Of a DNA stretch of 64,000 nucleotides, positions 36,801 through 55,000 are shown one piece after another. The notes under the pieces were generated by a model. That model saw only the letters and a program-made list of their open reading frames with translations. It was not told the origin of the DNA and ran no database searches. The DNA is taken from assembly GCA_040954595.2 (NCBI GenBank), contig CM082580.2, forward strand, positions 5,694,783 through 5,758,782. The letters are read 5' to 3'. Positions within the stretch are counted from its first letter, which is position 1. Each line of letters starts with the position of its first letter. The position numbers were made by a program, and so were the translations under genes. This stretch comes from Balanoglossus misakiensis (Eukaryota; Animalia; Hemichordata).

Positions 36801-39800
36801 CAGAGCTCGTACCGGCACTGAATTACATGAAAGACTAAAATCGTCTTCAAAATGTAAATTTTTTTTAGTCAGTGCGAAAATCTAACAAGGTAATTATATC
36901 ACATTTTGAGATAGCTTGATGCTTCAACAAGTACTTTGCTTGTTATTGGAACCTCCTGGTTTCAAATTTATTTTACTGCCTGGTTCCAGACAGTGAATCA
37001 TGCTACTCACCCCTTCTCTGTAAAATGGAATGGCCATGACTAGCCATGACTACAAATAAAATTTACCTGCATTGTTCTTCTCAAAGATTTCTAGCAGGCT
37101 TTAAAAACTAACGCAAACAGAACGAAAACCATTGTTTAAAAGTGGATATGAAGATTTCGGAGACTCACCTCGTAACTCTTGAGCCGGATGAAATCCACGT
37201 ACATGGGAACTGACCGCTCTGTGTTTCGGTTCAGGGCTTTGATGCAATCCAGGAGATCAGTGTAAAATTTGTAACCGCCCTTCAAGACACACAGTGCAAC
37301 AATGGCTTCTGAGTTATCCATATCCTTCACAATGTTACGAGCTAGCCTTTCTGTCCTGAAAGTTAGAAATTTATTTGTCAGTATTTTTTTTTCTGAAAAT
37401 CGTTGTGAAATGCTGCCGTTAAAAATGTGATTGGCCTAAATCCCATATCCTTTTGGTTCTCTCGGTCTCCAATTTACTTACCTATCGGCAATTAAACCCC
37501 TTGGTATGAGAACACTCTCCAGGTCTTCTTCGTAATGCCTGGGTATACAGAACATATCAAGGCTGTAGCCATCGTGGCTGTCGTCCACCTGAAATTAGCG
37601 AGAGAAGACGACATCTTTTTGTTACACAATTGTAAAATGATTCATGTCCATGACTTCAATAGTTTAAAATGTTTACTACCTACACACAGGGAAAAATATT
37701 TTGGGAAACTCAACAACCTGATAGAGAGAAACATTTCAAAGCGCAGATAGCTAGTGCTGGTAAATTTTGCAAGAGAACACATCGCACCTGGATAACCTGA
37801 AACCAGTGAAGTACTTCCCAGGAATTTATACCACAGTGGCTAGTTTGAATTACATTAAGTACATCCAATTGATATGTTTATTCATATCTATATTTTCCTA
37901 ATATTTTGGATAAGTGGCCATATTATTCCCAGGAGAACACCGTAAACCAGACAACCAAAGTTGGCGATTTCAGTAGAATTTTTTATACCCAAAATTTTCA
38001 CAAAGCCTTGTGTCTAAAATTCCCCAATGAAGGCCTGCTTCAGGTGAAGCATTTCTGTGGATCCATCAAGCAACATACGACAACAGCCAGGACTGAGGTT
38101 GAACGATGAGCAATCGCATACCCTCACCTGGGCCCTACTGTACTCAGTTCTAGATTAGGTACCCGTGAACCCTGCCCCACACCTGTCAACTGCCTATATT
38201 TCACATGCTCTCAAATTATCCAAGTCCCTGCACTGTTTGGTACACTACTACCTCTGCATCGGTAATTAGCATGGCAGTGGTATGTTCATAATGATGACTT
38301 TTGCAAGTACTTCCAAAAATAAATTCCAAAAACGATGTCATAGGCCACCAGATCATTGTGCAAAAGGTTGACTGACATCAATGTTTGATTTCCAAGGCGA
38401 CACGCAGTTTCGTTTTCCAGTTTTAAAAAATGTGACATTTTAAATTTGTGTATCTGAGGGCAAACTGGTGCTTGGCATACCACCATGTCTGCAATCCTTT
38501 ATGTCCGACTAGTTCCTTTATTGGCTTCGTTTATGATAGCCAACTGAAAGGTCACCTCTCCACAGTTGCATTCATCGGTAGATAGATGCAACTGAATTAA
38601 AGGAGACCTTTGATGCATCATTTATAAAGAAAGACGTTTATTTATATCTATGAAATTGTTTTCGAATTCACGCTGAATTATATCTCCGATTGATGTCAGC
38701 AAAACTTCCATCAGAAATTTTCATCAAAAACATATCCATTGTCCAAAATGTTATTCAGGATTGCCTCGCATACACTCAACACAAGAGCTTTTCATCCAAA
38801 TCCCCAGAGGTGAATCATTGTCATTTCATTCGCATCAGCAGCTGTTTGTATGAATGGGTATCATTTTTGAGAAGAGACAGGACACAATGGAGGAATTAAT
38901 AAACAGAATCAGATGTCAAGAAAATGACGAGATGAATCCGACATCATCGTGACTACAGGCCGTGTCTCTGTTGTGAATGCCAGTCACGTACATCTGCCCG
39001 GTTGCTATGAGCCTCTGCCCCCCACTCTCGGTGCGTGAGGTTGCAACATAATTAAACAAGAATAACTGGTCACCTTAGTTACAAGTCACACATTGGGTTT
39101 AACCGTTTTTAATGGTAAAGTCCATCCTGAGACAATATTTTATTCTATCTCTATTTTCTCTCTAATTCGTTTGATAACCTGGCCTTACGAAAGTGATGGA
39201 ATTTATTGGGGGAATGCAAGGATGAAGGGGTAAAAAATCAATCATGTGGACAAAATACAAGACCCACACAAATATTTTACATGATTATTGACAAAAACAA
39301 TTATCAGAATATTTCACGGGAATCATTCAATGATTTTTTCCTAAAATTTTGAACTTTACCGAGAACTGGCTAAAATTCCTTTACATCAGCCACATACATT
39401 ACAAGTCATTAGCATTAAAAAAATTATTATCATTTTTGTAAACTACCTACCATTCTCAGAGACTATAATGAAGTTACATATAATATTATATTGTAATGCT
39501 AATATTCCCTAATACGAAATTCAAATTAGGTGTTTTTGCTTTGCTTTTATATGGAATTCCCTTTCAAATTCACATGAACAACAGAAATCACAAACAACAC
39601 CTGTTCTCAGCCGGAACTCAAAATTTCCATATTAATAATAACAGATCAATCTTTTCCACATTTTATTGTGTCAACAATCATGACACATAGAACCACTCAT
39701 GAATAATAAAAACATCCATATTATATATTGGCTTTACGACAATCAACACTGAAGAATGGCCATAATAATAATGGGATTGTATATAAACAAAAGCTGCACA

Positions 39801-42800
39801 AAAAATATCGCTGTTATTTCCTGTGGGACAAAGAACAGACAACTGCTGACATGTTTGGCATGTACATTCATTGATACCTCTATTTCAAATTATTTTAATT
39901 GTCTTTCAATAACATCTCGTTTGAGAAATAGATAAAACATGGAACAGTCTGCTAATCTGGGAATTTCTGGCCCATAATTTAGACGTTGCACCAGTTATCT
40001 TCCTCAATTCTGATCACCATATATGGCTGGCAGTTTTGTTTTTTAATTTATGACAAGTACTTTACATAAACCTGTCAAAATCCTTTAAATTAACCTTAAA
40101 AAACAACGTCTTCAGAGCAACACAAATATAAAAGTGGGAATGAACTTTGTATACATAACTTTCACACAGAACACAGTGATCTCTGGTTTATTGACTTGTC
40201 TGATATCAAACACTCTGAACAAAGGTTCATAAACAGTTGGATCCACACACACGGGTAGAGAGACCTTTTTTCAGTGGCGTGTCGTGGGTTGGACTTTTAG
40301 TAAAATATAGACTGAACCCCAAACAATGTACATTTAATGTAACCATTTTTAAGGGACCAAAATGCTACCCTGGGCAAACCCGCAACTCCAGAAATAAATA
40401 AAAGCGAATAATATCATTCACAAGAATGGTTGGGGCAGTGAGTCGTCATTTACACTTTTACACCTGCGCTTGGGTGGGAATGCACTTTCACCCCCATTTC
40501 TCTTTACAGAGGTCCAACTTGACCCATGGAAAACAATTGATTTGGATCAAACCATGGTGATGAGAGGGTGAATTATCCAGCAAGCCAAACTGATGTCATT
40601 CCATGTATACCTGGACATTCCAGCACCTTTCACTACACTAAGTATTATGTCAAGTGTATTGATGTGTAGATTTGGTTACCTGTACTTTTCTTTAACAACA
40701 ACCCCCGTTATCCCACAGGCAATTAAAGAGCATCAGTCAATACACTATAATTTTGAAGAAAATAACAACAATGGAAACTAATTATCATAACCGATTAGTT
40801 ACATCATTATGCAAATAAGCCAATACTGAATCAGAAACTCCTGGGGAAAAGCTAGGTCATTTTTGTCTGTAGCAAATATACATTTGTCGTGGTACAATAA
40901 AAATTGTATAGTCAACTGCGTGAGACAAAAACACTACCATTGTTTTATTTATTTTAGTGACAATATAAAATAGGACACTTAACACACCTGACAACATTCC
41001 CCAAATTCACACCCCCGTCCCCATCCCTCCCAAAATCGGTTAAAGGTGTAAACACCTTGTACGTCTACCTGACAGCTCTATTGCAAGCATCACTCACTAT
41101 GTACTTTAGCTACTGTGAATTCTCTGACCACTGACTACATTACAAGGGGTCTTTTTTTTCTCCTCACGTTACAATTGTGACTATCAAATGAAGGATACAT
41201 TATTGATTAGACGGCACAACCAGATCCCTGAACAATGGGATTTCAACACGGGCAAATCTAACACCGCAACACCAGTGACGCAGATAACAGTTCGTGGACA
41301 GCATCAACTGCAGAATTTCTCCATTTGTACTTTCTGCCTTTCTCCCTTTTTTAAATAGTTTTTCAGCTTAATACTATCAGGGAAGCTTCCACAATATTCT
41401 TTTATTGTCCCCAGGGAAAAAATAATACCATGTTTTAATCTGCAGATCAGGAGTTTGCATTCCTTTATCATGTGTACAGCAAAACTAAATCCACATACCA
41501 AATGCATTTTTATTAAAAATGGTTCGAGATTATATGTAACATCTTTGCAGTTTAATTAATCGAATACATGAAGCTTTGTTCTCTCAGATTCTATACTTTT
41601 GAATTGATGTCACCAAAGGCATAGAGACTCCGAGAGGTTCTGACTCTGCTTACATGTAGCGTACGGCTGGGAGTAGCCATCTTTATTTACAATAAATTAT
41701 GTGCATGATTTCTGGTGGAGAAGTCAATGAATTTTAATTGGAGACAGTGTACAGTGTCCGGAAACGTACTGTAACGTACAGAAATGGAAAATCGTGGTCT
41801 TTTCTCTCACTGACAGTCATGTGAGTGCTGCAGCTATCTGACCGAAAATCACTCTATCATAATCCGTTTAAATCTTGTAATTTGTATTATGGCATATATG
41901 ACATCAATGACCTCTGAACCACTTGCATCTGTCGCATGTTCAAGTGTTCCCCATACCACAAACATGTGACCTGACATTTACCAAACCACACTGTGCATTT
42001 TGTCTATCACATGCATCTAACGGGCAACGCATATACCTCACACTCACAGGATGTGGGTCAGTTTCATGTATGAGTAATTCCGCTTTGTTCCAGGGGAAAC
42101 AGCACATGGCGTTTTCGGAACATATGGACAGGAAGCAATGGTACCATGAGTAAAATCAAATTTGAGCGATGGTAGTCATGAATTACTGGTGTGGTATAGG
42201 CTAAATGAAAATACCCCGACTTTATAACAAAGTCCTGAAGACATTTCTAGAGAATACTGAGGACATAATTAAACGATAGATCACCCCCCCCCCTCCAATG
42301 TTTCCAGGGATGTCATCCAGATCTGATCCTGTGTGTACTTCAGTCACAGTACTACAGAGAAACATGGACCATGTGCTCATCCATGGTTCAAAATGGTTCT
42401 CGAAGACTGTACAGGGTGTTTTAAAATGCACCCGTTATATTCTAATGCGGTCTGCCATAAAACTATTACCGTTATATGCACGGAGAAATACACTCTTGTT
42501 TATTTCAGTGGGAACTCGCCGTACACAATATCACGACGGGGTAAAACCAAACGAAAACTGCTAGTAAGAGCCCAAAATTGCAGAAATACCCAGGAAACGT
42601 GAGGCCCGCATGGTGTCGTCGTGAAATAGGACCCCCATCGTGGCTTCAATGGCTTCGTATGAGCATTGGGCCCATGAGGTACCTCCACGACCTAAGGCTT
42701 AGCAACCAATACGCAGTGCGAGTGGAATGGCACAATACACCGACCGAGTGATCCTGCATATTTCCTAAACCACAAAGGTTGGACGAAAATGGTTGCAGTA

Positions 42801-43337
42801 GAGCTTCGAATTGATGATTTTATGGCATGTGGTCTTGGAGGGGGGGGGGACCAGGTCAATGTCAGGCTTTCTACAAACACGTTCAGTAGTAGTACAAACA
42901 GATTGGAAACTGCGTGCGCAAAAGTTCATGGTCAAAAACACTCGGAATACTGGTTGAACAACTGCGACATTAGGACACGAAAGATCAAATAAGTGACTGG
43001 AGCAGCTAGTTACGTACAACAAACTAGCACAACAGATCTACTGAGTTTTCAATGTTCTAACACAAACAGCCTACTCGGCATGACCGGCTTCGCTTCCGCG
43101 CTGCGGCCAGAACATGCCCCGCCGACCGGCGCGGCACCTCGCCGGCAAATTCTTTTTACATGTAGTATGTACTGGAGACGTTTTACGCCACTTTCTTCGT
43201 ATCCAGATACACGGTAAATGAAATCACCAACATTGTTTAATGTATGGAAACATACTAGTAGATATGTTGTATATACAGAGTTGACTGAAATAAATGACAC
43301 CTCTCACCTTTATGTAGTCCTGACTATCTTCCGCCAT
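33822..43337 (-). CDS. HPRT1: Hypoxanthine-guanine phosphoribosyltransferase, 7 coding exons, 220 aa
   Basis: Exons 43308-43337, 37482-37588, 37169-37355, 34701-34784, 34339-34468, 34132-34208 and 33822-33869. All introns are GT-AG with consistent phases, total 663 nt. Motifs [32 protein letters not shown] (catalytic Asp intact) and [16 protein letters not shown]. Candidate AATAAA at 31801-31806 (minus). Confidence 0.96.
40480..40572 (-). mobile_element. ~93-bp TTAA-type MITE, degenerate copy in HPRT intron 1
   Basis: Reverse complement matches 46986-47078 (accatggtttgatccaaatcaattgttttccatggg...agttggacct). Confidence 0.65.
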
Positions 43338-43521
43338 TTTGCTAAATGTGTTCATTTCCCGCCAACCCTGTTTGCATTGAAATGTATCACGTGGGTTTCA
43401 CCATTAGATTCAGGGGGTGGTGTCGCATCATGCGCATCCTCATCATATCATCATGTACATGGTTGGTGAAGCTAAATCACAAATGAAAAGGAGATAAAAC
43501 ATTTTCATTCATGAAAATTGT

Positions 43522-43569
43522 TAGTCTAGAATCTATCCGTTTGTAGTCGCATAGATAGATTCTAGACTA
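43522..43569. mobile_element. 48-bp hairpin mini-element with a perfect 9-bp target-site duplication
   Basis: 16-bp perfect TIR (tagtctagaatctatc / gatagattctagacta), flanked on both sides by gaaaattgt (43513-43521 and 43570-43578). Confidence 0.8.
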
Positions 43570-44779
43570 GAAAATTGTATCATGGGAGTGATGAGAGATC
43601 AATTCTTAATTTTCAATATTGAAAGCCAGCTGCATATATTTCAAAGTTTCTGTGGTGTTTTGATCAGTGGATGCATTTGTGTTGACTAACAACATCAAAA
43701 ATCTTAGCATGTTGAATATTTGCAAAACGGGGGGGAAAGTTTCAATGATCATACAGTCCACACCGTCAAGTGAAGCAGAAACTGAGTGAAACATTTGACA
43801 AAATATACACACACAAAAACAGAATACAGCTCTGATGATGTTCAATGCAATGATGTTTGGCATGCAGTGGCTTGCATGTCCTTTTCAAACTTTTATGACT
43901 TTCTATAACAGAGGGCGCTCTCACGGCAACACATTCACATGCGGATCTCGGATTGCAACGATTGGCCAGACCTCAACTTTCCATAGTAACTATGGCTAAA
44001 TTTGCATAGGTGACCGTCTGGATGTACACCTTTAAATGTTGCGATTATCTCAGCAAAAGTAGTACCATATCACAAGGGTGACATTTGATAATCAATATTC
44101 ACTTGCAGTATTTCATCTGTAGATATATTTTATGCCTATATATGTACGGTGCTGTATTAAACTTAAAGTTGAACGAGTCACTGAAATCATAAATAGGTTT
44201 CTGGATAAAACACTAAGCAACTGATCAGGTTGACTATCACCAGAAATGGGGTAATATTACAGTTTGGGGTTAAACTCTCAACCAATTTTCGATACTGTAA
44301 TACTCACTGACACGCACACATATGGAAGTTAGAAAACGGTATAACTAAATTGGAAAAAAACTGTAACTTTTATTTTTCACCAAGTATGTACAGAGAGTAA
44401 AATAGAATTATTACAACAATCCATGGTAATTCTACAAAATCGATGCCATACACATACACGGTACACCACAGTCTACACGGATGAATCCTACAATCCCACA
44501 GCGTTGAAGTTTCCTTCAGGCTCATGAATTTCACTGACACCAAGTTGCATTTGAACTCAATAATAAATATTCTCCAAATCAGATGGGATCTAGATATGTG
44601 GACAGGTCATGTCACTTTATTTATTCGGTATGGAAGCAGCAGTAACAACAACAAAAGAACATGTTTGTATATATAAAATAAACTGCAATGTATTGTTTCT
44701 GTGGCTATTTCATTGTCCAGACCCCCGGCACATTTTGTTAAAAACAATTTAACTACTAAGATGAGTTTACAGCAAAATA

Positions 44780-46574
44780 TTAGTTAGCAATGTAGATGAC
44801 TGTGTGTTTCTCCAGGAGTTCAATGTCTCTTTCCAACTGTTTCATTTCGGCCTCCATCCTCTCTTTCCTGGCTTTCTTGGGCGCCGTGTCCGTGACAACG
44901 GAGAGTCCCTGATACTGGTGGTGGATTTCCTCCCAGTTTGTTTTAAGTCCGTTAAGAACGTGTTGCCTTTCTTCCTCGGTGAATTTCTTCATGGCCCCAC
45001 GCTTGTAATGCTCTTTCACGTACGCGTCGTATTCCGCCTGCGCCCGGGCAACTTCGTCCTTGCGGCGCGTCAGGTATTCAGGGACTTCTCCAAAATCCTG
45101 TGTGGGGGGGGGGGGGGAGAGATCATTCGGACAGTTAGTATGGAATTTGAAATGCGCTATTTATTTGTTGCATCAACAATAATCTGCCTCTGTAAACCAT
45201 AGTAATTCTAGTCTCAGGATGCAGAGAAATTACCAAAAAACCCATGGATTCAACACTATTCCCTCGAACAAAAACGCCAATAAAAACAATTGCTGCCATA
45301 CACCATAATTTTTTATATTACACATGCCATTTACTGATTTATCTATACAATTATTTGGGGTTACTTAGTCTAGTACATGCACTATACATGTACATATCAT
45401 ATTTACCTTTCTCTTAATGTACTTTGGCACCAGACCAGAGATTTCCAAGGGATGAGTGTCACCCTTTTTGGTGTCTGCAAAGTTTGAGGCTGGCTTCTTG
45501 GGCACTGACATTATATTCTCCACGGCGTTTGTGGTGATGAAGTTTTTGGTTGATTTGATGCCCATGAGAGGCTTATCATTCTTGTCCGGCACCGCAGGCT
45601 TCCTGGAGTCCTGGTCGGGATACTTGAAGCCGGTCTTCTCCGGCAGGACTGGCTCCTTGCTCCGTTTCTTCATGAAGTCTGAGGGGTCGTCTACTTGGAC
45701 TTTGGCTGGGCCCATGGTTTTGTGCGGTGTCTTGTACACTTTGGTTTCCGACTTCACCGTGGACCTGAATTTACTTTCATGCCTGTAGCGGGGAAAATGA
45801 AAATGACAGTTGGTGAGTACTCTTTGCAGAGATTTGTGTGTGTGAAAATGTCTGCTACCAAAGTACTGGATCACGAACTTGATGCAGGGACTATGGACAT
45901 CATCTCAGCCTCTGGTCTTGGAGAAACCATGGCTACTACCCCTGTGAACTTGAAGTATGCTAAGCTATACCCAGTTAATACAGACATAGCCCTAAATATG
46001 AGCTGAGGACAGTGAGGTTGCACTGCTGCACAGCCTCGCACAGGTAGTGCAACCACCATAGTCAGACACTCTTGTCTTTGCAATACATACTTGATAAGGG
46101 CAAATACAGGGCAGGAATTGAATATTGAATGTGTGATGATGAATGTGCCATATTTTGTGTGCGTGTAAAGAGATACAAAAATGACAAATAAACCGCAACT
46201 GAATCCCCTCTGCCACCCTGAACTTCACACCTTGTAACTATGAGGGGCAAGTGGCTGGAGTGGAGAGATCACATGAAATGATGATGAATATCATCCATCG
46301 TTTCATGTTCAGACTCAAATGTCCTGCCTCATCGAACAAGATATGACCCAGGATTCGAATATTTCATGCAGAAACTGGTGACTTTGCTTGAAACAAACTT
46401 TAGGACGAAGAATTTCATAGATCTAACTTGAAACCGCGTACGTACACATTCATATCCAACCATGTCAAAATTTTACATGATCAAAATCGTGGAATGAACC
46501 ACCCCGACTTACCTTGGTGCTTTTGGAGGAGTAATTTCCTCACGGGGAATAAGATTGTAGATGCTTTCTTCCAT
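44780..46574 (-). CDS. ENKUR: Enkurin (ciliary microtubule inner protein), 3 coding exons, 251 aa
   Basis: Exons 46513-46574 (MEESIYNLIPREE...), 45407-45782 (...HKTMGPAKV...KNFITTNAVENIMSVPKKP...SGLVPKYIKRK) and 44780-45097 (DFGEVPEYL...GLKTNWEEIHHQYQGLSVVTDT...IYIAN). GT-AG introns, total 756 nt. Confidence 0.93.
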
Positions 46575-46723
46575 TTTTTTGCCCGAGTACTTCTAATCAG
46601 ACGTTAGAATGCTGTATGAACTGGTGACGGTGTGTTTGGCTCTATCTAACCCGTAAATGAGTGACAACAAATGAGAGACTCGTATGTATGGGAACTAAGA
46701 TGGCGAAACAAAATATAGTGGCC

Positions 46724-46768
46724 GTCGCTAAGGAAAACAGTCATGCGCAGATGTAAACATATGCAAAT
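46724..46768. promoter_or_regulatory. Enkurin promoter with X-box-like (RFX) and forkhead motifs
   Basis: GTCGCTAAGGAAAAC 46724-46738, TGTAAACA 46752-46759 and octamer ATGCAAAT 46761-46768, 150-195 bp upstream of the ATG. Confidence 0.5.
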
Positions 46769-46985
46769 ATGCATGGCGCCCTCTAAATAAGATCTATCGA
46801 TTACTTTGTTTGTATAGTTAATACATGTACTACACTTTGTTTTGCTGGATGAAAACTTCTATGGTTATATGCCACAAAGCACAAAACCATTAAAATAGCA
46901 GAAAACAATAGTGTCACTCCTCCATTTATTCTGTGATGAAAGCCAAAGTTCCCAAACTCTAATGGGACACTCATATTATACTCTA

Positions 46986-47078
46986 TCAACCCAATCACCG
47001 CCATCGTTTGGTCCAAATCCATTGTTTTCTATGGTAAAGTTGGACCTTTCCAGGGGGAACTGGGGTTGAAAGGGTTAA
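46986..47078 (+). mobile_element. ~93-bp TTAA-type MITE, downstream of the PSMC5 stop codon
   Basis: tcaaccc...gaaagggttaa termini. The internal gtttggtccaaatccattgttttctatggtaaagttggacct is shared with three other copies. Confidence 0.7.
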
Positions 47079-47278
47079 AAATGAGACCACGCATAAATAT
47101 ATCAGCAAATAAAGGTAAAGACTGTTTATTAGGCAAACGAAGTCTCTGCCAACTAACAAATATGAGAGAAAACAGACCTTTGTCAAGTACATTTGAAAAA
47201 TGGAGAGAAAACTGTCACAGCGAAACAAGCTTTCTAAATATTGAGTTTCTTTTTTTGGACAAAATAAAGACAAATAAA

Positions 47279-51821
<4,543 letters not shown>

Positions 51822-52004
51822 TTTGTTATTTTGATTTCTGGGTAATATCGGCTTCGCTGCAAGGGGGCGCTCTACTCGGCGCAGCAGAAGGTGAAAGATG
51901 GAAGACTTCCGCTGGTGATGTGGCTGTTCGTCGTGCGATTTTGACCCTCTCTCAAGCATGTCGAGATGAGTAGATATCTCCTGTAGAACTCGACTTTGGC
52001 CACC
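51822..52004. promoter_or_regulatory. Bidirectional promoter shared by PSMC5 and CHPF
   Basis: Only 183 bp separate the two opposing start codons. The interval is CpG-rich and contains a CTCF-like GCTGCAAGGGGGCGCTC at 51856-51872. Confidence 0.75.
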
Positions 52005-55000
52005 ATGAATATGCTAGTCATAGGAACGATCCCTTGCTGCTGTTTCACGCGAGTGCGTCCGATCATACCGATTGTTTTGGGAGTGTGCCTCGGCATAGCG
52101 TTGAGTCTGCTCTGCTCCCCGCTCCTCGACGCAAACTGTGGACTGGACAGCTTTGTACACATGGGGAAAAGCAGAAAAACATCTGCGTATGTGGCCAATC
52201 AGGAGGAGAAAAGTGGTTTCAGCTACGCCGAGGACGACTTTGAGCCGGTTTTGATGGCGAAAGACAACCCGCCCGAGAAGAAGACAGAGAAAACACGTCT
52301 GGTGAGAACTCGATACATATCCTCGGAACTGGGGATCAAGGAAAAACTTTTCGTTGCGATCGTGGCTACACGGCAGCTCGTCAACGATAACTCGCTAAGC
52401 GTGGCGTTGAACAAAACCCTCGCTCACTATGTATCAAAACTTGTATTCTTCACAAACATCAGGCCGGCGTCAACGCCGACCGGCCTAACAGTGGTGACGT
52501 TCCCCGACACTCAACCAATCACGCAAATGTTTCACACCTGGAACTACATCTTTGAGCACTACGGGAACGACTACGATTGGTTCCTCATGATGCAAGACGA
52601 CACGTACACTTACGGCGAGAGACTGATGGATTTTATGAATCACATCAGCGTCGGTCGCGATGCCTACCTGGGACAACCCCAGCGCGATTCTGACATGGAT
52701 GTCACGTACTGCCAGAGTGAACCAGGTACAGTGCTTGCTGCAGTTCAGTACATCGAGGTTTTGCCTTGGTTTGTGTGGCGTCTAACACACAAACCAAGGC
52801 AAATTGGTGGGATTGCAAACGTGTACCTGTGTATCTTCTACTGTCTATGATAACAGTCTATAGACAGTAGGTCATTTGTACTTTAAATGTCCAGCCTTCA
52901 TTAAATCCATAGAGAGTGTGTAGACAAAAGATATCGGATATTGGTAGGCATAATTAATGCTAAATATGGAACAATGGACAGTCAAAACCTTTTATCATAA
53001 GCTGACAATGGTTTGGTTAAGTGTATGTGTGTATTATCTAAACATGACAGTAACACCTCAAAATGGCTGTGGTGCCTATAGAAATAACATTCATACTTTC
53101 ACCTCTTTTGGAGTTAATGATAACACCCTAGGTTTGTGATCGTTTGCGAAATATTGCATTGGCAGCAATTGACGTAACTGTCTCCGGGGGTTACTAGATA
53201 CCTCATCTTCAAAGGCACTGCATAATATAATTTATAAAGCAACTTTATAAGTATGCACGCACACATATTGGTACAGTGTGAAGAAAATTGCTGGTAGCCC
53301 CTCCCTGCGGAAATGGCATGAGCTGGTACTGATAAAAAAAACTTGTATAAACAAAAGAACCTACTTGGCAGATTCACACGGTGGTACTCACTCCCAATTT
53401 GCAAGTGCCAACCAGCCGACTACCAGCAAGCCTATCAGTGTTTGAGCAGTCAGGAGGATTATACCCTAAACTAATGTTTGATTTCCATTTTATGTTGATA
53501 CAATTAAAAATGTCAAGGTACTATGGGGAATGTCACATTCAGGAGAGTCAGTTTCCGGACTTTGTTATTTTGTTTGTTTGTTTGTCTTTTATAATACACA
53601 CACTGCATCCAGAATTTTGTCTAATTTTTAGACGTGTATGTTGGTTGAAAGAATGGGAATGGGCTTGTTTAATCTTGTCGGCTTTACTTGAAGGTCTGTT
53701 TATACTTTGTGTTAATTCAATTATCTTTATGTCTATTTTTATTAAAACATATTTTACAGGTTTCATAATCTCAAGGAATCTGTTGCTGAAGTTTGGTGGC
53801 CATATTGAAGAGTGCATGGGCCAGTCCTGGGCTAATTTACCTGACCTTGAACTCGGACATTGCATTGACTTACACACCAAAGTCCAGTGTTCAGACGTTT
53901 TCAGTGTAAGTACTTTGCTGTCAATCAATATGGAGGAGGGAGTGTACGACATTTTAGAATATTGTCATTTTCCTGATTTTTCCCAATATACTTTTTCAGT
54001 TCGGGGGTCTAATATATTGTGGAAAAAGGCAGAGTCAGCACTTTTCTTCATATAATTTAATAAAGCTTCTATTTTTGTGCCGTTTATGTAAATTTCAAGA
54101 AAATGACAATATTGCATCAGTGTCAACATTCAGCATACTACCAATGCTACCGTCAATACCATCAGCTGCAATGTGTGTAGCGCAAACACACTAGATAGTT
54201 CTGGTGGCAGACAGCAGGGCGTTGCCACCATTGAAACAATATAAAGATGCGTCTGAGGGTCATACTGTGTTTGGCTATTTGAACACGCAGTGCAGTATGT
54301 AAGCATTGAGTTGACATAAGCTCTTGTGTTTGTTGGAAAGGTAATAACTGTTTCAGAGGACACAGTGGATGAATGCATTATCAAACCATGACTTCACAAT
54401 GCATATATTCCAAGAGCCACTGTCTTTGCATTCGCATCACCTGGAGTGTTTTTCAGAATTTGACTTGTTTTCAGTTTCTATTGGCAGAGTTCATGCATCA
54501 CAGTACAGATGGCATCTGCTTCAAATCCACGGCCATAAAAAGTGAAGGAAATACATGTATATGTTTGCTGTGATGTCATACTGCATCAGATAAATGTATA
54601 CAATGACAGTACTGCTCTGGCTGAGAGTTCTTTTGATGCGAGTTATATGTTGTGTTCAGCCAATTTGATTGGACAAGGGTAGGCGATTGTGGTACACATT
54701 TTCTTCAGAGGAATTCCAAAGGAGTGATATTTTAGGTTGCCAGTATTGTATCCCTGTGTCTCTGGTAACAGATCCTACACATGTACTGTCAACTGCAGTG
54801 CACTTACGTTCACACCCACAATTATAGCCCCCCGTTGGAACTGCAAAAACATCTCGATTTACAAACGCCAACTATTTAGCACCCGGTCTCATGTTGCCAG
54901 CGCAAACCGGTTCCGGTGTGTGCCGTGAATGGAAGCGGAAAAAGGGCCGTCTGCGCGCTCCATTTGCCCCGCATACCGCAGACGGTTTTTATCTGAGCAC

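Noticed and set aside
53381-54055. 224-aa ORF in CHPF
   Set aside because: Only 53760-53905 is exon 2. The rest is in-frame intron.
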